Assembly (NCBI GenBank): GCA_964519305.1
Contig: CAZFHY010000001.1
Coordinates: forward strand, 186,132 to 250,131
Reading direction: 5' to 3'
DNA from: Candidatus Undinarchaeota archaeon
GTDB lineage: Archaea > SpSt-1190 > JASMDC01
Length of the DNA stretch: 64,000 nt
The position numbers and the translations under genes are program-made. Position 1 is the stretch's first letter. Each line of letters begins with the position of its first letter. The notes under the pieces were generated by a model. It was not told the DNA's origin and searched no databases. It saw only the letters and a list, made by a program, of their open reading frames with translations. Of this stretch, positions 9,252 through 17,324 are shown piece after piece.

Positions 9252-9884
9252 ATGCTAGACCGTGTCTATACAATTCCGCTCGCCAAGGCCAAGCGTGCTC
9301 CGACATCGAAGCGTGCTCCTAAAGCAATCAGGGTCATCCGCGAGTTCCTCACACGCCACATGAAGTCCGACGAGGTCTATATCGGCGCCTCGATCAACGA
9401 TCTCATATGGAAGAACGGCATCAGGCGTATCCCTCCCCGCATCCGGATCCACACCATCAAGAATGACGAAGGTCAGGTCCGTGCTGAGCTCATGGGCATC
9501 GATATCCTCTTCCCTGAGGCGAAGCCCGAGGCCGAGGAAGCGCCCGAGGCTCCCGAGGAAGTGGCTGTTGAACCCGTCGCTGACGCTGTGTCCGCTGAGG
9601 AGATGCTCGCCGGATCGGAGGAGATGGCCGAGGCCCTTGAGGCCGAGGTCGACAAGGAAGTCAAGGCGATCCCCAAGGCCGAGAAGAAGGCGCCTGCCAA
9701 GAAGGTCGAGGACAAACTCAAGACCGAGAAGAAGGCGCCCGCCAAGAAGGCCGAGGACAAACCCAAGGCTGAGAAGAAGGCGCCCGCCAAGAAGGTCGAG
9801 GACAAACCCAAGACCGAGAAGAAAGCGCCTGCCAAGAAGGCCGAGGACAAGCCCAAGGCTAAGAAGAAGGAAGCTAAGGAGTAG
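9252..9884 (+). CDS. rpl31e: 50S ribosomal protein L31e with long charged C-terminal extension
   Basis: RVYTIPL...KRAPKAIR.IREF..RHMK...IN..IW..GI..IPPRIR core, then an acidic tract and KAP repeats. Confidence 0.95.
   Translation: MLDRVYTIPLAKAKRAPTSKRAPKAIRVIREFLTRHMKSDEVYIGASINDLIWKNGIRRIPPRIRIHTIKNDEGQVRAELMGIDILFPEAKPEAEEAPEAPEEVAVEPVADAVSAEEMLAGSEEMAEALEAEVDKEVKAIPKAEKKAPAKKVEDKLKTEKKAPAKKAEDKPKAEKKAPAKKVEDKPKTEKKAPAKKAEDKPKAKKKEAKE
9675..9854 (+). repeat. 4 x 45-bp coding tandem repeat (K[AT]EKKAPAKK[VA]EDK[PL])
   Basis: Directly visible. Units alternate between A/V and T/A variants, giving a 90-bp higher-order period. Confidence 0.9.
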
Positions 9885-9908
9885 TCCTCCGGGGAGCGTG
9901 ATGGTCAG

Positions 9909-10577
9909 GTGCACATGGCGAAGGTCCAGATCAACAATAGCGATTACATCGGGATCTTTGCCCTGTGCACCGACGCCTATACACTCGTGCCTTCGAATCT
10001 GAAAACACGAGTTATCAAGGTCCTAGAGAAGACCCTCGACGTACCAGTAATACCGGCCATAGTGTCAAACTCCCCTCTTTTGGGATTGTTCTGTGTCGCG
10101 AATGCCAACGGTATCCTATTGCCGCCTATCACCAATGAACGTGAGATCGATGATCTACGGTCGCGGCTCAAGGTGGAAGTGGGAGTGCTGTCGAGCGATT
10201 TCACCGCTCTGGGCAACCTAATGCTCGTCAATGATAGCGCTGCCCTAGTGGATCCCCGTATAGAGGGCGATACTCTGGACATTATCCGGGACACTCTTAG
10301 CGTTAAGATCACAACAGGTTCAATATCTAGCGTGCCCCTCATCGGCTCGCTGGCCTGTGCCACGAACCGAGGAATCATCGTTTCCCCGGACGCTGCGGAC
10401 AAGGACCTGGACCATATCGAAAAGGTCATGAAGGTGCCCGTGGAGATCGGCTCAGTGAACCGTGGTTCCCCTTACGTGGGGACCGGGCTCCTGGCCAACG
10501 GCACAGGATTCATAGTGGGAAAAGAAACGACAGGACCAGAGCTTGCGCGTATCGACGAAGCACTCGGGTTCATATGA
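9909..10577 (+). CDS. eif6: translation initiation factor 6 (aIF6)
   Basis: IGIF, GNL.LVND..ALV.P, GSVNRGSPYVGTGLLAN..G..VG..TTGPEL.RI.EALG. Confidence 0.96.
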   Translation: MHMAKVQINNSDYIGIFALCTDAYTLVPSNLKTRVIKVLEKTLDVPVIPAIVSNSPLLGLFCVANANGILLPPITNEREIDDLRSRLKVEVGVLSSDFTALGNLMLVNDSAALVDPRIEGDTLDIIRDTLSVKITTGSISSVPLIGSLACATNRGIIVSPDAADKDLDHIEKVMKVPVEIGSVNRGSPYVGTGLLANGTGFIVGKETTGPELARIDEALGFI

Positions 10578-10595
10578 TCATTGGAGGTAGATGAC

Positions 10596-10778
10596 ATGCA
10601 ATATTCCGTGAAAGGTTCGTTCCGGATGGGACTCAACGTCATGCCGTTCACCAAGACGGTGACCGCCGAGAACAAGGACGAGGCTAAGGAGATAATCTAC
10701 TCCCTTCTGGGGAGCAAACACAAGGCCAAGCGCTCTGCCATCAGCATCGATGCGATCGCCAAGGTGGAAGAGCAATGA
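10596..10778 (+). CDS. rplX: 50S ribosomal protein LX (L18Ae)
   Basis: Y.VKG.F....PFTK...A.E..YS.LGSKHK.KR..I.I. ATG follows a GGAGG RBS. Confidence 0.93.
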   Translation: MQYSVKGSFRMGLNVMPFTKTVTAENKDEAKEIIYSLLGSKHKAKRSAISIDAIAKVEEQ

Positions 10779-11206
10779 ACGATGAGCAGAAGCGAGCGCT
10801 ACAAGAAAAGCTGCTCGAGCTCGAGCTCCTGAAGAACCAGGCGCAGGGCTTCCAAGAACAGCTCACTATGGTTCTCGAGAGCCTCTCCGAGCTCACCACC
10901 ACGAAGGTGGCGCTCGATGAGATAAATGCCATCGACAAGGGAGTGCTCGTACCGCTCGGACCTGATGTGTACGTCCGCGCGAACGTGTCCGACCGCAAGA
11001 ACGTGCTAATCCACGTGGGTGCGAACATCGTGATGCGGAAGAGCACGAAGGACGGCCAGAAGATAATCCAAGGCCATATGGATCGTCTTGAGAAGAACCG
11101 CTCGACCATCGAGACGAACCTCAAGAAGATCTCGGAGGCAATGGAGATGCTCCAGAAGGACCTCCAGACCATGGCCACGGAGATAAAGGCCCCAGAGCAG
11201 GTCTAA
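10775..11206 (+). CDS. pfdA: prefoldin subunit alpha
   Basis: Coiled coils flanking LVPLG..VYV.A......VLI.VGA. Conserved synteny. Confidence 0.93.
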   Translation: MNDEQKRALQEKLLELELLKNQAQGFQEQLTMVLESLSELTTTKVALDEINAIDKGVLVPLGPDVYVRANVSDRKNVLIHVGANIVMRKSTKDGQKIIQGHMDRLEKNRSTIETNLKKISEAMEMLQKDLQTMATEIKAPEQV

Positions 11207-11218
11207 CGGCTGAGCAAA

Positions 11219-12142
11219 TTGTTCGCCTCGCTCCGTTCCAAACTCGACAAGGTCGTCTCGGGATTCTCCTCAGCGGTCCTGGATAAAGAGGTCAGTGAGC
11301 AGGACCTCGCAGATCCCCTCTGGCAGCTCCAGATGGCGCTACTCGAGAACGATGTCGCCCTTGAGGTCGCCGAGCGGGTGTGTGATGAGGTCCGAGGATC
11401 TCTTGTGGGGAGCCGAATCCGTCGGGGTGCCATCGTCGAGAGCGTGCAGCGGGCCCTGGTTGACGTGGTTACCGAGAGCCTGGACCGTCCACTGGACTTT
11501 ATTTCCGAGACCGGGAAGAAGCGACCGTTCATCGTCCTTTTCGTGGGCATAAACGGGACTGGCAAGACCACCTCCATCGCCAAGGTCGGCCGTTTCCTCT
11601 TGGATAATGGTAAAAGCGTCGTGTTCGCGGCAGCCGACACGTTCAGGGCCGCCGCTCTGGAGCAACTAGAGGTCCACGGTCGTAACCTGGGCATACGCGT
11701 CATCAAGCACGACTACGGAGCCGATGCAGCTGCAGTATGCTTCGATGCCATTCGCCACGCTGAGGCCAAGGGTATCGATGTAGTGCTGGTGGACACCGCA
11801 GGCCGCATCCAGACGAACGTCAACCTTATGGACGAGCTGGAGAAGATCATCCGGGTGAACCACCCCGACTTCGTGATGTTCGTCGGCGATGCGCTCACGG
11901 GCAACGACGCTGTCGAACAGGCCAAGACATTCAAAGAGAAGGTCGGAATCGATGGCATCGTGCTCACCAAGGTGGACGCTGACGCCAAGGGTGGCTCCTC
12001 GCTCTCCATCTCGTATGTTACCGGCAGCCCGATCGTGTTCATCGGGACAGGCCAGGATTACGAGGATCTGGAGTCATTCGATCCCCAGTGGTTCATCGAA
12101 CAGATATCTTCAACAACACAAGAAGAGGAGGAGGAAGAGTAA
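11219..12142 (+). CDS. ftsY: SRP receptor FtsY
   Basis: GINGTGKTTSIAK, DTFRAAA.EQL, DTAGR and TKVDADAKGG. Confidence 0.97.
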   Translation: MFASLRSKLDKVVSGFSSAVLDKEVSEQDLADPLWQLQMALLENDVALEVAERVCDEVRGSLVGSRIRRGAIVESVQRALVDVVTESLDRPLDFISETGKKRPFIVLFVGINGTGKTTSIAKVGRFLLDNGKSVVFAAADTFRAAALEQLEVHGRNLGIRVIKHDYGADAAAVCFDAIRHAEAKGIDVVLVDTAGRIQTNVNLMDELEKIIRVNHPDFVMFVGDALTGNDAVEQAKTFKEKVGIDGIVLTKVDADAKGGSSLSISYVTGSPIVFIGTGQDYEDLESFDPQWFIEQISSTTQEEEEEE

Positions 12143-12143
12143 G

Positions 12144-13493
12144 TTGGTGCTGGACAATCTGGGTTCATCCCTACGTGCGGTCATGCAGAAGGTGGCCAAG
12201 TCCACCTGGATCGATGAGGCGTTCATCGAGGAGATGGTGCGTGACCTTCAACGCGCGCTGATCATGTCCGACGTTGACGTCAAGCTCGTGCTCTCTTTGA
12301 CCAACTCTATCAAGGAGAAGGCTCTCGAACAACCACCCGCCGGTACACTATCCAAGCGGGAACATGTCATCAATGTCCTCTACGAGGAGCTCGTCACGTT
12401 CCTGGGGACCTCGCCCGACATCAACCTCCGGCACCGCCCTATGCGCATCATGCTCCTCGGTCTCTTCGGCTCGGGCAAGACCACGACCTGCTCCAAGCTC
12501 GCGCTCTACTTCAAGAAGAAGGGTCTTGCGTCTTGCATCATCGGCACGGACACATGGCGACCCGCCGCTTTCGAGCAGCTGGCCCAGCTGGGCAAGAAGA
12601 TCGATGTGCCCGTGTTCGGAGATCCGAAAGCGGACGATCCAGTCCGCATCCTAAACGAAGGCCTTGAGCACTTCAGCGACAAGTACGACGTCATTATCGT
12701 CGATACAGCGGGCCGAGATGGTCTGGACAACGCGCTCATTTCCGAGGTCAAGGCCCTGAACATCAAGTTCAAGCCCCATGAGGTGCTCCTAGTGCTCTCG
12801 GGGGACATCGGCCAAGGTGCCCGAACACAGGCCCAGGCCTTCCACGACAACGTAGGGGTCACCGGAGTAGTCATCACGAAGCTCGATGGCACAGCAAAAG
12901 GTGGAGGAGCACTATCAGCATGTTCCGTCACCGATGCACCGGTCAAGTTCATCGGTACGGGTGAGACCCCCCAGGACCTGGAACTCTTCGATCCGGCAAA
13001 GTTCGTCTCACGTCTCCTCGGCATGGGGGATATCAGCACTCTGCTGGAAAAAGCAAAAGAGGCTGTTGAAGAGACCGATCTGGATCCCGAGGCGTTCATG
13101 AAGGGCGACTACACTCTGATCGAATTCTATGACCAGTTGGAGGCCGCCCGGAGCATGGGCCCCTTGAAGCAGGTGTTCGAGCTCCTGGGCATGGGCGGTG
13201 CCCAGCTTCCCGACGAACTGCTCTCCGCTAGTGAGGAGAAGCTGGCGAAATACCGCTTCATCCTCGACTCCATGACCGTAAGCGAACTGCGGGATCCAAA
13301 GCGCCTGAACAGGTCACGAATGGAGCGTGTCGCGCATGGATCCGGTACTAAGGTCGAAGATATCAAGGAACTGGTGAACCATTTCAACCAGTCCAAGAAG
13401 CTCATCAAGATGATGAAGAAGCGCCGTTTCCGTGGGGATATGTCAAAAGTCATGAAACAGCTTGGCGGTGGCGGGTTCCCCGGTCTTGGCTAG
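12144..13493 (+). CDS. srp54: signal recognition particle protein SRP54
   Basis: (M)VLDNLG start at TTG 12144. GSGKTT, DT.RPAA.EQL, TKLDGTAKGGGALS, and M-domain SMT..E...P.....SR..R.A.GSG. Confidence 0.96.
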   Translation: MVLDNLGSSLRAVMQKVAKSTWIDEAFIEEMVRDLQRALIMSDVDVKLVLSLTNSIKEKALEQPPAGTLSKREHVINVLYEELVTFLGTSPDINLRHRPMRIMLLGLFGSGKTTTCSKLALYFKKKGLASCIIGTDTWRPAAFEQLAQLGKKIDVPVFGDPKADDPVRILNEGLEHFSDKYDVIIVDTAGRDGLDNALISEVKALNIKFKPHEVLLVLSGDIGQGARTQAQAFHDNVGVTGVVITKLDGTAKGGGALSACSVTDAPVKFIGTGETPQDLELFDPAKFVSRLLGMGDISTLLEKAKEAVEETDLDPEAFMKGDYTLIEFYDQLEAARSMGPLKQVFELLGMGGAQLPDELLSASEEKLAKYRFILDSMTVSELRDPKRLNRSRMERVAHGSGTKVEDIKELVNHFNQSKKLIKMMKKRRFRGDMSKVMKQLGGGGFPGLG

Positions 13494-13502
13494 GGATGGC
13501 CG

Positions 13503-13931
13503 ATGTACTTCGGCGCGGCCTTTATCTTCGTCCTCGGCTGGATGACCGGGATGTTCTTCGGTTACATCTTCGTGAACCGCACTATTGGCTTCCTCCGTCA
13601 CGGGTGGGAGTGGGCCGAGATGGCTGTGTTCGGCGCGGGTATGCTCACTTACTTCACCCTATGGGAGGGTGCGTCCAGGAGCGACTGGGCCGTCGTGCTG
13701 ACCGTCCCTGTCTCTTTCGGGCTCGTCGTCGTCTCCCGGAGCACGATGCGCTGGCTTACCCTCACGACGACACCCGATGAAATCAATGAGCTTTACTCAG
13801 CGGCCGCTGAACTGACCCGCGTCATCATCGAGAAGGGCGATGGTATCGATGATGAGGACGATGAGCCCGGTAAAGACGACCCGAAAAGGTCAGAGGAGCC
13901 TGATAAGAGCGAGCCGGTGAATGAAGGATGA
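13503..13931 (+). CDS. hypothetical membrane protein
   Basis: Three hydrophobic segments and an acidic tail. Stop overlaps the next start (ATGA). Confidence 0.7.
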   Translation: MYFGAAFIFVLGWMTGMFFGYIFVNRTIGFLRHGWEWAEMAVFGAGMLTYFTLWEGASRSDWAVVLTVPVSFGLVVVSRSTMRWLTLTTTPDEINELYSAAAELTRVIIEKGDGIDDEDDEPGKDDPKRSEEPDKSEPVNEG

Positions 13932-14641
13932 TCCTCCCCACGAACGGACGGAGTACAGCAGTCACCCTCATTATCTGTATGCTCGTCATAGGGTGTCTCA
14001 GCAGCTCGCCCGACCCATCCTCGGATCCACCCATAACATCCCGTTCATGCTCTTTGAGCATTCCTGGCGTCATCATCGATGAGGGGGCACCAGTAGAGGG
14101 GATGATGATAAAGCTCAAGGTCAGCGCCCGGACGGATCCCGGCGTTGACGGTGTGGACGTCACGGGCGATGAGGCGTTCCTAGAAGCGTTCAACGCGGCA
14201 CGGACGGTGGCCGCCACATTACTGTTCGCCCCGCTCGAAGAGAGGAGCTTGTTGGTCGAGACGGACACTAACGCCTCGCTCGTGGGGCGGTCGGGCGGTG
14301 CCGCTCTAGCCCTGCTCATGACATGTGCCGCCAATGGTACGGCCCTGCGGGAGGGGATCACTGTTAGCGCGGGTGTGCGCCCGGATGGTTCGTTAAAAAG
14401 GGTGGCCCAGCTCCAAGAGAAGTGCGCTGCGGTCCGTGACGCTGGGCTGGATGAGATGTGGGTGGCCGAGGAGGACGCCCGCGTCGTTACATGGGAAGAA
14501 AACCGCGATAACGCGACCGGTCAGATTCGCCGCGTCCAGCGCGACCTTCCCGTAGCCGAAGCATGCCCGGGGATACGGGTACGCACGGCAGGGAACATCT
14601 CCGAGCTCGCACGGGAAGTGCTCTCGCAACCCAGCAAGTGA
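13928..14641 (+). CDS. secreted/lipoprotein Lon-like (S16) protease domain without ATPase
   Basis: Lipobox-like LVIGC. GRSGGAALA (catalytic Ser), V.PDG....V..L.EK..A (catalytic Lys). Confidence 0.75.
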   Translation: MILPTNGRSTAVTLIICMLVIGCLSSSPDPSSDPPITSRSCSLSIPGVIIDEGAPVEGMMIKLKVSARTDPGVDGVDVTGDEAFLEAFNAARTVAATLLFAPLEERSLLVETDTNASLVGRSGGAALALLMTCAANGTALREGITVSAGVRPDGSLKRVAQLQEKCAAVRDAGLDEMWVAEEDARVVTWEENRDNATGQIRRVQRDLPVAEACPGIRVRTAGNISELAREVLSQPSK

Positions 14642-14643
14642 TC

Positions 14644-15420
14644 CTAGTTCATCCGAGCGAGCACCGAGCCTGCAATGCCCTGTCTTGCTCGTGCCTCCTC
14701 CGCCATCCGCCCAGCGAACCGTCGCACAGCTTCCCGCCCGGGCCCGAACTCTCGCCACACGGGCTCGTCCCGGTACCAGATACGGGAAAGGTAGAGCCAT
14801 CGCGGGTCCGCGGGAGGGATGTTAACCGTCGCGCCAGGATCGAGCGCCCCTTCCACTGCGTCGGTATCAGCCTCACCGTTCCCGACACGGACGAGCAGGG
14901 TCACGCACCTGCGCACCATCTCGTGGAGGAAGGATGGGGCCCGGAAAGTGAACACCGTGCAGTCACCGGTCGTCACGTCCACCGTGTCCAGTGTCCGAAG
15001 GGCGATGCGATCATCACGTCGGCTCAGATTGGTGAAGTCGTGCTCTCCCTCGAGGATTGTCGCTGCCTTGAGGACCGTGTCCGTGTCGAGCCGTGCCGGA
15101 TGGACGTACACGTATTCTTTACCAGCGGCGTGTCGTGGCCTGAAGCTCTCATCGACCTCGGCCCAGGACCAAACGCGGATATCGCTTGGGAGTCGGTCGT
15201 TGAGTGCGCCGGGATGGAATCCATCAGCCGGAGGCTCAAAGCTGGCCACCTGCTCAAGGGCAGATACTCCCCTGTCCGTTCTAGAGGCCATCCGTATCCG
15301 TTGTTCTGCACCAAGGGCAGCTAACGCCCTCTCAATCTCGCCCGCGACGGTGCGCACATCGGGCTGCACCTGTGACCCATGGAATCCCTCTCCGTTATAG
15401 AACAGCTTGAGCGCGATCAT
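14644..15420 (-). CDS. truA: tRNA pseudouridine(38-40) synthase TruA
   Basis: MIALKLFYNGEGFHGSQVQPDVRTV, SRTDRGVSA, GEHDF.N, SFL..MVR. Start overlaps the GT2 stop. Confidence 0.94.
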   Translation of the reverse strand: MIALKLFYNGEGFHGSQVQPDVRTVAGEIERALAALGAEQRIRMASRTDRGVSALEQVASFEPPADGFHPGALNDRLPSDIRVWSWAEVDESFRPRHAAGKEYVYVHPARLDTDTVLKAATILEGEHDFTNLSRRDDRIALRTLDTVDVTTGDCTVFTFRAPSFLHEMVRRCVTLLVRVGNGEADTDAVEGALDPGATVNIPPADPRWLYLSRIWYRDEPVWREFGPGREAVRRFAGRMAEEARARQGIAGSVLARMN

Positions 15421-16139
15421 CGTGACCGACCACTGAACCGATGGCGGAGTGCATAGATTAGCCAGCGCACATAGTTCTTGCCCATGGTGAACAGCTTGAA
15501 CTTGCTCTCCCCGACCGCGCGACCAGTCCAAGTTGTCGGTACCTCGCGGAAGTCGCCTCCACGCTCGAAGATGATGCGTGACGGGACCTCCACTGAGATG
15601 TCGAACCAGTCGGATATCAGATCGAGACCGTCGATAGCATCACGCCGGTAGGCCTTGAACGCGTTTGTGATATCGGTTATGTGGTGCCCCGAAGCCAATG
15701 AATAGACCTTTGAGTAGGTCCGCGAGAACAATCCTTTGAGCCTCGGTTGGTCCACAGTGCCTCCCCCCGGCATGTATCGTGAACCAACTACGAAGGCGAC
15801 CCCCGTATCCTCCGCCACTTCCACCATGCGTGGGATGGTAGCCACCTCGTCGCACAGGTCACCCATCACGGGGACGACTAGGTCCCCTTCAGCGTTCGCC
15901 AGCCCGTGTCGTAAGGCATTGCCGAACGAGTTATCCTTCGCTCGATGGAGGACCCGCACATCCTGATACCGGTCTGCGAGCTCGTCGGCTATCTCAGGGG
16001 TTCGGTCAGTAGACACGTCATCCACGACCACTATCTCACGATCTAGCCCGGAGGTCCCTGTGATGACCGCCTCGACTATCTCTTCCAGCATCGCCTCCTC
16101 ATTGTGTGCAGGGATGACTATGGAGACGCGCACGGTCAT
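15417..16139 (-). CDS. glycosyltransferase family 2 (DPM1-like)
   Basis: SIVIPAHNEE, VVDDVSTDRT, VVGSRY..GG and D.TNAFKAYRR. Confidence 0.92.
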   Translation of the reverse strand: MTVRVSIVIPAHNEEAMLEEIVEAVITGTSGLDREIVVVDDVSTDRTPEIADELADRYQDVRVLHRAKDNSFGNALRHGLANAEGDLVVPVMGDLCDEVATIPRMVEVAEDTGVAFVVGSRYMPGGGTVDQPRLKGLFSRTYSKVYSLASGHHITDITNAFKAYRRDAIDGLDLISDWFDISVEVPSRIIFERGGDFREVPTTWTGRAVGESKFKLFTMGKNYVRWLIYALRHRFSGRSR

Positions 16140-16234
16140 TCCTGACCATGCCGAGCTTTAAAAAGGCTATGTCACAACGGGGCTCTCGTCAGCCGGTCTG
16201 CGAATTTCTTATTACATGTTACTACTGCATGGTT

Positions 16235-16250
16235 GCGAAACGTTTAAAAA
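16235..16250 (+). promoter_or_regulatory. BRE/TATA promoter of the ATP-grasp operon
   Basis: GCGAAACG-TTTAAAAA in the divergent intergenic region. Confidence 0.55.
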
Positions 16251-16310
16251 CAACGAGAGCTGCTGGTTTCTACATCCGATGGAATGGGGAAGACCTATGC
16301 GTAAACTAAC

Positions 16311-17321
16311 GTGCCCATCCGCTCATCGGCACTCTCGGAGGGTGCCACGATAGGCGGCTGGCGCGACCTGTTGGACAAGCTCACCGGGTTCGAGCCCGAT
16401 GACGAGTCCATCAAGGTGCTCTATCACGACAACATCGACAACTCCATGAACAACTCGCTCGGCCGTTATTTCGATGAAGCGGTCAACTCCATGGACGGTG
16501 TACGCGGCGCACATGCGAAGTTCCCCAAGCATTATGGCGGCAGTGGTCACGTCAAGCAGAAGATCCGTAAGGAGCTTGGCGGCGATCCCGACGTTATCAT
16601 CAACTTCATGGCCGGGCCTCCCTCGGGCATCCTGCGCGAGTTCGAGGACAACGGCACCCTCGTTCTCAACGATCCGGACATGTACCCGGTCACCGGGAGC
16701 AAGGTGCGAACCCAGCAGCTGCTTGAACAGGCCAATGTACCCGTTGCCGAGACGGTAATCCCTCATTCTTACGATGATATCCGTGAGTTCTGCGACCGTG
16801 TCGAGGGCCCCTACGTGCTCAAACCGTCCAATGGTTTCGGCGGTAAGGGCGTTCGCAAGGTGGACACCGCTGAGGAGGCTCTCAAACAGGTGAACCTGGG
16901 CACTGACATCGTTCAGGAGGACGTGTTCAAGTACTGGCCGCACCAGAGCTACCGGGATATCCGGGCATATGTGGTGGGCGACCAGTGCATAGGCGCCATG
17001 TACCGCGTCAACGACGACTGGATCACTAACATCCATAACGGTGGCCATGGGGAGAAGGTCCCAGACGATGCGTACCAGAAGGTCGCCGAACTTGCGGTCG
17101 ATGCTGTGAAGGCCATGGGTGACGGCTTGCACTTCTCCGGCGTGGACATCCTGGAGCGGTACGATAAGGACGGCAACGTCGAATACGTCGTGCTGGAACT
17201 GAATTCCGCCCCTGGTGGCTTCTACAACCTCGAGCGCAGCACCGGTCATGGCAGGGACGCTGTGCGCCAGATCGTCGAGTACTCAGTGGAGCTGGAGAAA
17301 GAGCTCCACAGGGAGGGCTGA
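16311..17321 (+). CDS. RimK-family ATP-grasp amide ligase
   Basis: P.VLKP..GFGGKGV, IVQE, RDIRAYVVG, W.TNIHNGG, FSGVDIL and VLELNSAPG. Start uncertain (GTG 16311 or ATA 16350). Confidence 0.92.
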   Translation: MPIRSSALSEGATIGGWRDLLDKLTGFEPDDESIKVLYHDNIDNSMNNSLGRYFDEAVNSMDGVRGAHAKFPKHYGGSGHVKQKIRKELGGDPDVIINFMAGPPSGILREFEDNGTLVLNDPDMYPVTGSKVRTQQLLEQANVPVAETVIPHSYDDIREFCDRVEGPYVLKPSNGFGGKGVRKVDTAEEALKQVNLGTDIVQEDVFKYWPHQSYRDIRAYVVGDQCIGAMYRVNDDWITNIHNGGHGEKVPDDAYQKVAELAVDAVKAMGDGLHFSGVDILERYDKDGNVEYVVLELNSAPGGFYNLERSTGHGRDAVRQIVEYSVELEKELHREG

Positions 17322-17324
17322 ACC

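Noticed and set aside
9675-9854. Possible CRISPR array
   Set aside because: The units are contiguous, in-frame coding repeats with no unique spacers, and no cas genes are present.
11889-12143. N-terminal extensions given by the ORF track for srp54 (also truA, rnp4, rpl39e, the 29-kb membrane protein and the giant gene)
   Set aside because: They overlap upstream genes and precede the conserved N-termini, so downstream starts were used.
59-13493. Genome-wide amber (TAG) recoding
   Set aside because: rps27ae, kae1, thrS, rpl39e and srp54 all end at TAG at their expected C-termini. Only the rps19e/PDCD5 junction is ambiguous.
16323-17249. 308-aa antisense ORF, and similar shadows such as 20422-21273, 2746-3411 and 9255-9914
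   Set aside because: Antisense mirrors of well-supported genes, expected from high-GC codon bias, with no motifs of their own.
16140-17321. ATP-grasp RiPP (graspetide) cluster
   Set aside because: No precursor with repeated Ser/Thr/Lys and Asp/Glu core motifs was found nearby. The 24-aa uORF and the Cys-rich lipoprotein do not fit.
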